This document shows positions 23,574 to 32,813 of a DNA stretch of 37,906 nucleotides, one piece after another. The translations under genes were made by a program, and so were the position numbers. The notes under the pieces were generated by a model. It worked only from the letters and a program-made list of their open reading frames with translations, did no database searches and was not told the origin of the DNA. Each line of letters starts with the position of its first letter. Position 1 is the stretch's first letter. The stretch is from a virus (taxonomy: Duplodnaviria > Caudoviricetes): IMG/VR virus record IMGVR_UViG_3300037467_001014, positions 1-37,906 of that record. One strand, given 5' to 3'.

Positions 23574-26294
23574 TTAGGTCGCCTGCAAGGTGATGTACAG
23601 GTCGGCCAGGGTGGCGTCCTGCACGGCGGGGGCCTGGATGTTGAGGCGGTCACCGGACGCCAACGTGATGGCCGACACGGCCACGCTGGTAAGCGCACCC
23701 GCCGTGGTCAACACGAAGGTACCCTGGCTTACGCCGTTCTTGTACACGGTGAAGGTCGCGTTCGCCGAGGGGTTGGTATCGCACTTGACGACTGCGCCCG
23801 CCAGGTTGACGCCGATGCTGTACGCCTTATCGGCGACGAACATCAGCACCTTGGCCGAAGGGTTGGGCTTGCCGTCATTGCCGCCGGGGATGGCGGTGGC
23901 CGAGGTAGCGCCCGACAGCGACAGGATGGCTCGCTTGTCCGTGATGGACGTGATGGAGCCCGCACCGGTCACAATCTGGTACAGCGGAATCTGACCGGCG
24001 GTAAAGCCGGTCGTGTTCTTGCTGATGGCACCTGTGCTCGGGTTGGCTTCCACGTAGTTCGTCGTGGAGCCCGTGAGGGCCAGCGTGCCCGCCACGACCG
24101 TCGAGACCGCGTTGTCGTTGCGGACCTGGCCGGGACCGTACCCGAAGTTAAGCGCGGAGGTGGTAGCCGGGTCGTAGGCGTACGGATTGATGATGGCCGA
24201 CATCGGCACGCTCAAGCCGCCGATGAAGCTGCGCTTGTCCGTAACGGTCGTGATGGCACCACCCGACGTGACCGCCGTATACAACGGCACGCGACCATCC
24301 GTGAAGCCGGTGGTATTGGCGCTGACGGTGGCAGAAGGCAAGTCCAACTCGATGTAGTTAGTAGCCGTGTTGGTCAGCGCAACGGTACCGTTAGCAACCG
24401 CATTGACCTTGGTGCCGAAACGGGCCTGGCCGCCGTAGTAGCCGAACGTCAGACCGGTGGTGGTCTGCTTGTTCTGCATAAAGTTGTCCACCGTACCGGC
24501 AACGGATACGTAACCGTTACCCAGCAGCGAACGCTTGTCGGCGATGGCCGTGATGGCACCCGCGTTGGTGGTGACCTGGTACAACGGCTGACGGCCCAAA
24601 GTGAACCCCGACGTGTTGGTTACCACAACGCCCGCCGTGGGGTCGAACTCGACGTAGTTGGTCGAGGACGCGGACAACGCAATGGTGCCCGCGCTGACGG
24701 TACCTGCCGCGTTGGTGGAAGGGTTGATGTACTGACCACCGTAGTAGCCGAAGGTCAACGCGGTCGTAGTGGCCGGATTGTTCGCCAACGGGTTGATGTT
24801 GACGCCGGTAGGCACGTCGGACACGCCCATCAAGTCGCGCTTGTCGGTAACGGTCGTGATGCTGCCCGCACCCGTGACAATCTGTGCCATCGCCACCAGA
24901 CCGAGCGTGAAGCCCGAGGTATTGGCGGTAACGGCACCCGTGATGGGATTGACCTCGACGTAGTTGGTCGCAGAGCCCGTGAGGGCGATGGTACCGTTAG
25001 CCACGGTGGCGATGTTGTTGCTGCCCTTGCTGATGTTGCCACCGAAGTAACCGTAGGTCAGACCGGTGGTCGTCTGGGGGTTCTGGCCGAAGTCGTCCAC
25101 GAAGGCGGCTTGACCAGAGAAGTTGCCGTCTTCGTTGATACTGGCAACAAGGGTCGCACCAGTGTTACCGGCGTTCTTACGGATAACAAGTGCGTTAGTA
25201 GTGGCGTTGTTGTCAGAGTCCAGGATAACCGTCACGTCACCCGTGCTCACGACTACCGGGCCGGAGGACGCGTCCATATAGACGCTGTTGCCCGCCGAAG
25301 ACCCCATGTAATCGGTCGGGGTCGCACCGCCGGTGGTGTTGGCGATGGTCAAGGCCGAGGACCACACCGGAGCGGCACCCGCCGAACCCGTACCCGTCTG
25401 CTGGAGGTAGAACGGCTTAGCGGCGGTAGGCGGCGCGAGTCGTACAACGTTCGTGCCGTTGTGATAGATGGTGTCACCCAACGTGGTCAACGGCGAAATG
25501 TTGTTGAACAACGACTGGGTACTGCCGGGGGCAATGCCCGTACCACCGTTGGCGAGGGGTAGTACGCCTTGGACTTCGCTAGCGCCGTTCAACTGAATCT
25601 TGGGGGCGCTGCCGACCGCGCCCGTGTGGTGCTGCTTGCCGAGGCCCGCCAGCAAGGCGCAGTTGGTCGCAAGGCTGATGTTGCCCGCAGCCACGGCGGT
25701 CTGACCCTGGGCGATGGTCATATGGTACAGCGCGACGTACCCGGCGTCCGGAGTGGGCGCGGTGGGGGACAGCGCGGCAGTACCGGCCTTAATGGCAACG
25801 GTGGCGTTCAGGACACGGTCCTGGGACTGCGCAACGTTGTTGTTGCCCACGCCGGAGTACGGCTGGCTGGGGTTGGCCGAGTTGTAGTAGAGCAGAACGG
25901 TGTTGTTGGTGTCGAGGTAGTCAAGCTTGACTTGGACGAGGTCGATGCGCGACCAGCCCGCCGTGGCGGGGGCGGCAGCAAAACTCAACGTCTGCGCGTC
26001 GGTCTGGCCCACCCGGAACAAGGTGCGCGAGTCGGCCGTCACCGAGCCGAAGGCCGTCGTATCGAGCGCGCCGAACTCGTAAATGCGCCCGGCTCCCAAG
26101 GTCATATTCATCGTGCCGAGGTAGCTGGGCACGAAGCCGCCTAGACGCGTGACGTAGGTGTCGCTCGTCGTGTCAATCTCGCTGTCCAGCACGTCGGCCA
26201 GGAGGTTACCCACCAGCCGCATCGTTTCCGTCTGGGCGGTCAGAATGTCCTTGTCGCGGGGAATCTGACCCGGGTAAACGAACCTACGATTCAC
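23574..26294 (-). CDS. tail fibre protein with four ~100-aa internal repeats
   Basis: Follows the baseplate genes. N-terminus MNRRFVYPGQIP..SRIDLVQ..YYNSANPSQPYSG..PTPDAGYVALY. Repeats read TTTGLTFGYYGG..TNYVE..GFT.G..TDKR. SD AGGAGG, GTG start. Confidence 0.85.
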   Translation of the reverse strand: MNRRFVYPGQIPRDKDILTAQTETMRLVGNLLADVLDSEIDTTSDTYVTRLGGFVPSYLGTMNMTLGAGRIYEFGALDTTAFGSVTADSRTLFRVGQTDAQTLSFAAAPATAGWSRIDLVQVKLDYLDTNNTVLLYYNSANPSQPYSGVGNNNVAQSQDRVLNATVAIKAGTAALSPTAPTPDAGYVALYHMTIAQGQTAVAAGNISLATNCALLAGLGKQHHTGAVGSAPKIQLNGASEVQGVLPLANGGTGIAPGSTQSLFNNISPLTTLGDTIYHNGTNVVRLAPPTAAKPFYLQQTGTGSAGAAPVWSSALTIANTTGGATPTDYMGSSAGNSVYMDASSGPVVVSTGDVTVILDSDNNATTNALVIRKNAGNTGATLVASINEDGNFSGQAAFVDDFGQNPQTTTGLTYGYFGGNISKGSNNIATVANGTIALTGSATNYVEVNPITGAVTANTSGFTLGLVAMAQIVTGAGSITTVTDKRDLMGVSDVPTGVNINPLANNPATTTALTFGYYGGQYINPSTNAAGTVSAGTIALSASSTNYVEFDPTAGVVVTNTSGFTLGRQPLYQVTTNAGAITAIADKRSLLGNGYVSVAGTVDNFMQNKQTTTGLTFGYYGGQARFGTKVNAVANGTVALTNTATNYIELDLPSATVSANTTGFTDGRVPLYTAVTSGGAITTVTDKRSFIGGLSVPMSAIINPYAYDPATTSALNFGYGPGQVRNDNAVSTVVAGTLALTGSTTNYVEANPSTGAISKNTTGFTAGQIPLYQIVTGAGSITSITDKRAILSLSGATSATAIPGGNDGKPNPSAKVLMFVADKAYSIGVNLAGAVVKCDTNPSANATFTVYKNGVSQGTFVLTTAGALTSVAVSAITLASGDRLNIQAPAVQDATLADLYITLQAT

Positions 26295-26339
26295 GGCACG
26301 GCCTCCTATAAACGCTTATCTGTTACAGTGTACCCTAAA

Positions 26340-27167
26340 TTAGAGAATCGGAATACCCCCGGTCGAGACCGGGCCTTGTACCCGTACCCACATCGTTGTA
26401 CCGAAGGGCTTGAAGGTATCAATGAGAGCAAGAATCTGGCTATAGGTCTTGAACTTCGGGTCGGAGGGTTCAGGCTGCGTAACGTCGATGAACGCCTGGT
26501 AGGGGCCAAGATTGGCCGAGTAGCTACCGTCCGTGTTGTACGCCAAGGGGTTGCTCCCGAACGGCACGGTTTGAGGCTGGAACGTGGCACCGCACACGCC
26601 GTAACCCAAGGGGCCGCTCGTCAAAACGGTCGAACCGCTGCTAGTGTCCGTGGTCAAGTACCCGCCACCGCCGTAGCAGTACACGTTAGCCGCGTTCGAC
26701 CAGTCGGACCAACAACCGGTCAGTGACGCCTCGGCCAATTCCTTGATGATAGGGGCGGTCCCTAGCATACGCAGGATGGCGTCCGACATACCTTGTCGCG
26801 TACCGGTCGGCGACAACAGTCGGGTGACAAACCGCGACTTGTAAGCAGCGTCGGTCTCTCCGGCGAAGCGCGGCAGCTTATCATCGAAGAAGTCGGCAAC
26901 GATGGCTTCTACCTGGTCGCCCGTGGCGTTGGTGAGGCCGAACTGGTTGTTGATGGTGTCCAACTGCTCGTAGATGGTGGCATCGAGCTTGGCGAAGCCC
27001 TTGACGGTGGCGTAAGCCGCGCCCGACTTCTTGACCGCCCGGGTGCCGTCGTCAAACTGGTCATCCTTCTTGACCAGCGCATTGGCTCCAAACCAATTGA
27101 GCGGCAGGTTATTAGCCTGCTGCTCCGTCAGTTCTGCGTGCTTGGCGTCGAACGTGGCTTGGTCCAT
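26340..27167 (-). CDS. baseplate wedge subunit (gpI/gp48-like)
   Basis: Lies after J. LTNATGDQVE..DFF..LPRFAGETDAAYKSR..GTRQGM..KPFGTTMWV. Confidence 0.75.
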   Translation of the reverse strand: MDQATFDAKHAELTEQQANNLPLNWFGANALVKKDDQFDDGTRAVKKSGAAYATVKGFAKLDATIYEQLDTINNQFGLTNATGDQVEAIVADFFDDKLPRFAGETDAAYKSRFVTRLLSPTGTRQGMSDAILRMLGTAPIIKELAEASLTGCWSDWSNAANVYCYGGGGYLTTDTSSGSTVLTSGPLGYGVCGATFQPQTVPFGSNPLAYNTDGSYSANLGPYQAFIDVTQPEPSDPKFKTYSQILALIDTFKPFGTTMWVRVQGPVSTGGIPIL

Positions 27168-27176
27168 AGTACCCTC

Positions 27177-28859
27177 TTACGAGATAACGATGTCGGCCAG
27201 CGAGGGCCGGATGAACTCCGCAGCCCCGGCGGTCAAGTTCTCGATACCCGTGCCGACCGTCGAGTAGACGCCGCCCGTGTTGTCGAAGCCGTTGCCGTTG
27301 ACCGTGGCGCGGGTAATCTCCGTAACGCCGGGGATAGCCTGCGCCAACTGGAGCAGGCGGGTGAAGATTAGTTGGAAGCCGGATTCCGTATTGACGAAGC
27401 TGTTGTAGATTGCCAACTGGACCTGGCCGCGCACCGTGTCCGCGTCGTACAAAGCCGTGTCTACCGTAACGGTCATAGCGATGGACGGCTGGACGATGGT
27501 GGGGGCCTTGAGGCTGAAGGTCGTCGTGATGGCGCGTACGGCATCAACAGCGGCAGTAACCGCTACAGCGAGGCTGTTGTTAAGCGCACCGAACGCATCG
27601 CTCACGATGATGAGGAAGTTACCGAGTTGGGGCGTAACGCCGTCCGCTGCCACGTTCTCGATGACGGTGTACTGCACGCCCGCCTGGACGCTAGCCACGG
27701 CAGCTTCGATGGACGCCCGGCTACCGGTGTTACCTACGCCCTGCAAGAACTGCTTGAAGCGAGCGCGCAGGGCAGAGTTGCTTTCCTTGTCCGTGGCGTT
27801 GGCGATGGCGTATGCGTTGTTGGTGCCGTCAACACCGCTCAAGGTGGTAGGCAACACGGTCAGCGCGTTGGCGATGACGTGCTGCGTGGTACCGGCCGTA
27901 ACGGCCTCCACCGCAACGTACACTTCGGTCTCGTTCGCGGGGATGCGGTACACGAAGTTGAGGGAGTCGTAGTTGGGGTTGGTCAGGTCGGGCACCACTT
28001 CATAGGCGATGCCTTCCAAGGCCGTCTGCACTCGGTAACCGGCGGTCAGACCGTTGCGGGCCTGGATGCTGGGGCTGCTGGGCGCGGCGGTGTTGCGGTA
28101 GAACCGCTGGCCTTCCAGCATCGAGGTAGCACGTACGGACGAACCGGTGATGAAGTCGCCAAGGACCGCACCACCGACAAAGGTCAAGGCGGCGACTTGA
28201 AGCACCTGCTTGAGCTTGACGACCGTGGTGCCGGTGACATAGGTGTGCGGCACGAGGCTCGTAAGGGCCTGGATGCCGACCTGGGTGGGACTGTTGATGG
28301 ACGTGATGGTGGCGTCCACGGTGTAGTTCCCGTCAGTGAGGGTCAAGACGCCGTTCACGAACATACCCGTGGTGCTTACCACGTTCAAGACGAGTGCGCC
28401 TTGCGTGGCGTTGACCGTCAGCGTCGTGGTAGGCTCGATGGTCGTAATCGTGGTCGTGGCGCTCTTGCTGCCGTTGATGAGCTTGAGGGCCTGACCGACT
28501 AGCAGACCGACCGTAGAAGCCACGCGCAGGAAGGTAGAGGTGGCGCTGTTGAGCAGCGTGGTCGGCGCGACCGGTGCGGACGTTGCCGGGGTTGCTTCCA
28601 GTCGCTTCGTGAACGGCGGGCTGTACTGCTCTACCCAGGTGTCCAGCGCATCGTCCTCGGCGGTGTCGAGGCGACTGTCCAAGGCCAACTGCTGGTTGCG
28701 CGACTGGAGGTACATATTGTTGATGGCCGACGCTTTGCCGAACGCCAGTACAACGGAGCCCGGGGAGGTGTTAATCTCCTGCTCCGCTTCGGCCGCCACC
28801 GTCTGGGTGAAGGTTTCGATAAACTCGTCTTGGGTCTTGGGGGTGATAATTTCGGCCAT
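27177..28859 (-). CDS. baseplate J-like (gp47) wedge protein with internal insertion
   Basis: SPGSVVLAF, LDTAEDDALD, RLEATPA, VEAVTAGT, DKESNSALRARF, GNFLIIVSD, VDAVRA and IPGV. Confidence 0.88.
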   Translation of the reverse strand: MAEIITPKTQDEFIETFTQTVAAEAEQEINTSPGSVVLAFGKASAINNMYLQSRNQQLALDSRLDTAEDDALDTWVEQYSPPFTKRLEATPATSAPVAPTTLLNSATSTFLRVASTVGLLVGQALKLINGSKSATTTITTIEPTTTLTVNATQGALVLNVVSTTGMFVNGVLTLTDGNYTVDATITSINSPTQVGIQALTSLVPHTYVTGTTVVKLKQVLQVAALTFVGGAVLGDFITGSSVRATSMLEGQRFYRNTAAPSSPSIQARNGLTAGYRVQTALEGIAYEVVPDLTNPNYDSLNFVYRIPANETEVYVAVEAVTAGTTQHVIANALTVLPTTLSGVDGTNNAYAIANATDKESNSALRARFKQFLQGVGNTGSRASIEAAVASVQAGVQYTVIENVAADGVTPQLGNFLIIVSDAFGALNNSLAVAVTAAVDAVRAITTTFSLKAPTIVQPSIAMTVTVDTALYDADTVRGQVQLAIYNSFVNTESGFQLIFTRLLQLAQAIPGVTEITRATVNGNGFDNTGGVYSTVGTGIENLTAGAAEFIRPSLADIVIS

Positions 28860-28870
28860 TAGCTGTCTCC

Positions 28871-29281
28871 TTACAGGCTTGCGTTGACGCTAGCCGCTTC
28901 ACCCGTGATGGTTTGAAACTCCACGGTCATAATCTGCAAACCGAGCGTTGGGAAGCTTTCAAACGTGATAGTAGGCTTTACCTTCACGTCTACCACTTCG
29001 GGCTCCTCAAGCAGCGCCGCCCGTACCTTCGCTGCATAGAACGCCTGGTTCTCGGCGGTCAGCAGCCCGTCCACGCCCCTACCAAGACCCTTACCGTAGT
29101 CTTGGTTGGTGAGGTCGTCCCCACGAAGCACAATCTCGCCGAGCGCATTGCGCTGGGCGGGATTGGTCAGCAGACGGCGGGCGATGCGTTGCTCGGCGAG
29201 TTCTTTGGTGCTGGTCATCCGGAAGTCGCCGTTAGAGGCGAAACTGATGTCGCCGCCCCAGGGGCAGTACAGGTCAGCCAT
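28871..29281 (-). CDS. baseplate wedge subunit (gpW/gp25/gp46-like)
   Basis: MADLYCPWGGDI..GDF..EQRIARRLLTNP..DYGKGL. Lies upstream of J. Confidence 0.8.
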   Translation of the reverse strand: MADLYCPWGGDISFASNGDFRMTSTKELAEQRIARRLLTNPAQRNALGEIVLRGDDLTNQDYGKGLGRGVDGLLTAENQAFYAAKVRAALLEEPEVVDVKVKPTITFESFPTLGLQIMTVEFQTITGEAASVNASL

Positions 29282-29484
29282 TAGGTAATCGTCCCGGTGC
29301 CCGTGACGGGGCCACCGCCGCCGGGCGCAATCAACGCGGTCGGATTCACCTGACCGCTCTTGACAAAGGCTTCGATAGCATCAGCAAGGGCGGCAGCAAC
29401 CGTCGCGGGGTCGGACCCGGCGTCACTTGCTTTACCAATCATACTTGCAAGGGCAGAGGTCAAAGCGCCTTTGTTCAACGGCAT
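29281..29484 (-). CDS. small baseplate-region protein (67 aa)
   Basis: MPLNKGALTSAL..LADAIEAFVKSGQV..GPVTGTGTIT. The stop overlaps the next start. Confidence 0.7.
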   Translation of the reverse strand: MPLNKGALTSALASMIGKASDAGSDPATVAAALADAIEAFVKSGQVNPTALIAPGGGGPVTGTGTIT

Positions 29485-29490
29485 AGTTAC

Positions 29491-30126
29491 CTACTTTGCT
29501 TTAGCTACCGAACTGGCCTGCGCATCAGCGCACGGGACAACTGGGCTGGAAGTCGCGGCACCCAGGTTACCGATGTGCGTGTGCCCCTTAATGTAGTTGA
29601 TTACGGCTTGAAGGTCCTTCTTACGAACAATAGCGTTATCGTCGCTAAGACCGTCAAGTGCATCACTAAGCTGGACAACTGGGGCGACGATGTCAACCTG
29701 CTGTGTACCGTGTACCTTGACGTGTTCATCGTTACCCAGTTTAACATACGACCCTGACTTATGAAATACCCAATACTCGCCACTGGGTACAGCAGGCAGG
29801 GAGTTCTTGGTAGACCCGAAGAAGGTCAGGCACATCATCATCTGCCCCTCCGCGTCCAGGCACCCCAGGAGGGCCAGGGTGCCCTTCTCGGGACCGCCCA
29901 GGGCTCCCGAGGTGGCCCCGGGGGAACCGGCCCACGCAGCGCCCACAGGGAGGTCTCCCGTGGTCAGCCCATCGGGCAGGGTCTTGAAGGTCGCGGACGG
30001 GGGTTCCGCGTCGGGATGCCACTCCACGACCTCGGCCAGCTTGAATTGCAGCGAGGACGCCGCGTGCGCCCGTGCCCGGGAATCGAGCAGGGCGAGGAAG
30101 TCAACGTCATCAACACCGTGGGCCAT
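29491..30126 (-). CDS. baseplate central spike (gpV/gp45-like)
   Basis: ATG at 30126. OB-fold-like N-terminus, VPSGEYWVFHKSGSYVKL, and C-terminal GHTH (metal-binding tip motif). Confidence 0.8.
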   Translation of the reverse strand: MAHGVDDVDFLALLDSRARAHAASSLQFKLAEVVEWHPDAEPPSATFKTLPDGLTTGDLPVGAAWAGSPGATSGALGGPEKGTLALLGCLDAEGQMMMCLTFFGSTKNSLPAVPSGEYWVFHKSGSYVKLGNDEHVKVHGTQQVDIVAPVVQLSDALDGLSDDNAIVRKKDLQAVINYIKGHTHIGNLGAATSSPVVPCADAQASSVAKAK

Positions 30127-30127
30127 A

Positions 30128-31531
30128 CTACACCCCCAAAGACGCGCCGCTCGTCTGAACGGCGTGATTGACCAAGGTAAACCTGGCGATGTACCCTTCG
30201 GTAGAATCGCCGCTGTCGGGCATAGTCCAGCTAACCTCAAATGCCTTAACCGCGTACACTTGGTCTGCGGCTTCCGAACCAGTGTTTTGCAACCGGATGT
30301 ACTGGCGGTGGCTGAAATTAGGTTGGGCCAGCACCGTCAACGTTACCAAGAACTCCTTACGAGAAATGTCCTTGGCAATCTGCGCGGAGATGCGGTCACA
30401 ATCCTCCTGGCTACCGTTCTGGATGACGTAAGTGTAGTTCTCCTTGTTGCCGATACGCGGCGAGGACAACGCGCCGGAAGTCACCACCCGGCTCTGACCG
30501 GGCTTCTGATGCTTAGCCATCTTCTTCTGACTGCGGTCGAAGGTCGGAGCCAGCGTGTTGGGATTCTTTTCCAACTGCTCGGCCATAGCCTTGACCTTGG
30601 CGTCGTTCATAGTGGCGGTCGAGGTATAGGTTTGCTGCGTCAAGAGCTGTACCGACTTGACGGTGACCGATACTTCGTGACTAAATAGCGGAGAGTGTTC
30701 AATCTCCAAGTCGAGGATGTTGTACCCCCACTTGTAGGTGTAGTTCGCTTCGGTGCCCTCAAGCGAGGTGACGTTCGGCGACAGGTCCACCGGCTTGGGT
30801 TGGTAGTACAGCACGTCGCCTTCCACGTACAAGTCGGCGTTGTCCTTGGCGGCGAAGCTCATAAAGAGGTCCCAGACGGGCATATTGACCGCCTGCTGTA
30901 CCGCCTGTTGCTTGTAGACCTGGCCGATGGTGGTCTTGAAGTCGTGAACGGTGGACTTACCGTCCTTATCCACCGTCTTGAGGCCCTGACCGAACTTCTG
31001 CGTGTACTCCTTGACGACCTGGGAAGTGGTCTTACGGGAGTTAGCACCGGTGGCTAGAATCTCGTTGACCTTCTCGAACTGCAACACCTGGGCATAGCTG
31101 GCGGCGGTGAGCACGTAGACACCGGCCCGGCGGTTCATACGCACGGTTGTAACCACCCCGCTAAACTCCGGGGCGTCCGTGTACTCGACAACGCCGTCCA
31201 GCGCCATACTGGTAAGAATGGCGAAGGGCAGTGGCTTCTTGTGCTCCTTGATGTAGTCCTGGTACAGCTTGAAGATGTCGAAGCCCTTTTGAATGGGAAT
31301 GGTGGCAGAAGCGTTCGAGCCCGCGCAGTAGGCCATTTCGCTCTTGCTCCACGCCTGTAGCTTGTGACTCAGGTAGCCGCCAACGCGCAACTTGAAGTCA
31401 AGTTGGCGGCTAACGCCCACCATACGCTCGTTCAGCGGGGCCTTGTTCACCTGGGGCTTGCGAGGCAGGATGTTGTTCTTGACCCTCGACGTATCGAGTT
31501 CGAAGCCCAGCACGGCACCTACAGTAGCCAT
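30128..31531 (-). CDS. baseplate hub (gpD/gp44-like)
   Basis: Position between initiator and spike. VWDLFMSFA..DLYVEGDVLYYQP and YAVKAFEVSW. Confidence 0.75.
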   Translation of the reverse strand: MATVGAVLGFELDTSRVKNNILPRKPQVNKAPLNERMVGVSRQLDFKLRVGGYLSHKLQAWSKSEMAYCAGSNASATIPIQKGFDIFKLYQDYIKEHKKPLPFAILTSMALDGVVEYTDAPEFSGVVTTVRMNRRAGVYVLTAASYAQVLQFEKVNEILATGANSRKTTSQVVKEYTQKFGQGLKTVDKDGKSTVHDFKTTIGQVYKQQAVQQAVNMPVWDLFMSFAAKDNADLYVEGDVLYYQPKPVDLSPNVTSLEGTEANYTYKWGYNILDLEIEHSPLFSHEVSVTVKSVQLLTQQTYTSTATMNDAKVKAMAEQLEKNPNTLAPTFDRSQKKMAKHQKPGQSRVVTSGALSSPRIGNKENYTYVIQNGSQEDCDRISAQIAKDISRKEFLVTLTVLAQPNFSHRQYIRLQNTGSEAADQVYAVKAFEVSWTMPDSGDSTEGYIARFTLVNHAVQTSGASLGV

Positions 31532-31532
31532 A

Positions 31533-32807
31533 TTACACCTCCGCTCGCATATTGTAGTCGTCGGTGACGATGTTGGCGTCGGGGATGATTAGGGTGTACA
31601 GACCCGGCGGTGGCACCGGGGCGTGCAGCGCGTTGGCCTTCGCAATAATCTTCCAATGCTGCAAGTCGCCGTAATACTTCGCAGACAGGACGTAGAGGTC
31701 CGGATTCTGAATAGTAACCTTGCGGGCAATCTTGGGGGTTACAATCTTGGTAAAGGTCTTTTGTAGCAACTTGATGTTGTTAAGCGCGTTCTGCACGTTG
31801 GTCGTGGCCGTGGCCGTTGCAGCCGGGCCTTTCACCATCGGCAGCGCGCCGTTGTTGGTGGCCTGCTTGATGAGGGCTTCGCGCGCGGCGTTGTACGCCC
31901 CCAAGTTGCTGACGGGCGGCTTGGGTTCCGTGGCGACAACGGCGTAGTTGGTGAGGTAGACCTGAATCTGCTCCAGGCGGTTCTGTAGTTTCTGTGCTTG
32001 AGGCCCGTAGACCTTCGTAAACGCGTCGGGCTCCAGGGTATTGTGCGGCTTGCCGTTCTCCATATCGACGGCGAACTGGGGCAGAAGCTCGTCCTTAAGC
32101 TCGCTGAAGGCGTCCACGAAGTTGGTAGCCGCCTGTACGAAGTCGAGGAAGTCGTTGCCGCCAGGCACCATCGAAATGCCCTTCAACAGCAACGACGACG
32201 GGTCCTTCTTCCACGCCTGGATGAGCAGCATCGTAAGACGGGCAAGCGCCGCCAACAGCTTCAGCATCTTGGTTGCGTTCTTCATAAAGTCCAAGAACTG
32301 CGCGAACATATCGGCAAACAGGTTGGTCGTGACAGAGAACGTCGTCAGCGCGAAGAAGTCCGTAGCCGGGCGCAAGTCTTCCGTCAGCACTTCGAAGGTC
32401 AAGGTATACGAAACCTTGTTGATGCTGTGGATGACCGGTTTGTAGCTACGGATGATGCCGGTCCAGGTGTAATCCTGGAACCGCAGTTGTACGGGCGTCC
32501 GCACCTCGGACAGCTTGCGCAGCGTTTCGGAGCGGTTCGACGCGAACTGGGCGGGGATGGCCGGGCGGTTACCCGCCGCCGGGATGTCGTTGACGCTGAA
32601 CAAGACACCGTGCCACGTCAGCGGCTCCGGATGGCCGCCGTACGAGTCAATGGTACGAAGGCCGCCGGAGAAGCGGTGGACGGCCAGAACGTTCTCCAGA
32701 CCGTTGGCAAGCTCGGACGGCACTTCCGTCTTGTAGAAGTGGAAGGGCTCATCGTTACCCAGCGAGAAGATGGACCCGATGATGACATTACCGTTAGCGT
32801 CAGCCAT
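31533..32807 (-). CDS. tail-tube initiator with C-terminal LysM/gpX-like domain
   Basis: N-terminal EVP..LAVHRFSGGLRTIDSYG..LTWHG. C-terminal DLYVLSAKYYGDLQHWKIIAKANAL..TLIIP. Confidence 0.75.
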   Translation of the reverse strand: MADANGNVIIGSIFSLGNDEPFHFYKTEVPSELANGLENVLAVHRFSGGLRTIDSYGGHPEPLTWHGVLFSVNDIPAAGNRPAIPAQFASNRSETLRKLSEVRTPVQLRFQDYTWTGIIRSYKPVIHSINKVSYTLTFEVLTEDLRPATDFFALTTFSVTTNLFADMFAQFLDFMKNATKMLKLLAALARLTMLLIQAWKKDPSSLLLKGISMVPGGNDFLDFVQAATNFVDAFSELKDELLPQFAVDMENGKPHNTLEPDAFTKVYGPQAQKLQNRLEQIQVYLTNYAVVATEPKPPVSNLGAYNAAREALIKQATNNGALPMVKGPAATATATTNVQNALNNIKLLQKTFTKIVTPKIARKVTIQNPDLYVLSAKYYGDLQHWKIIAKANALHAPVPPPGLYTLIIPDANIVTDDYNMRAEV

Positions 32808-32813
32808 TGTTGC

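Noticed and set aside
19841-26294. Diversity-generating retroelement target in the fibre genes
   Set aside because: No reverse transcriptase and no near-identical TR/VR pair differing at adenines were seen. The repeats are old protein-level duplications.
16386-30240. Longer ORF-track starts (16913, 17769, 20004, 23698, 30240)
   Set aside because: They overlap upstream genes or regulatory DNA. Downstream ATGs with SDs or stop-start coupling (16694, 17694, 19791, 23572, 30126) fit better.
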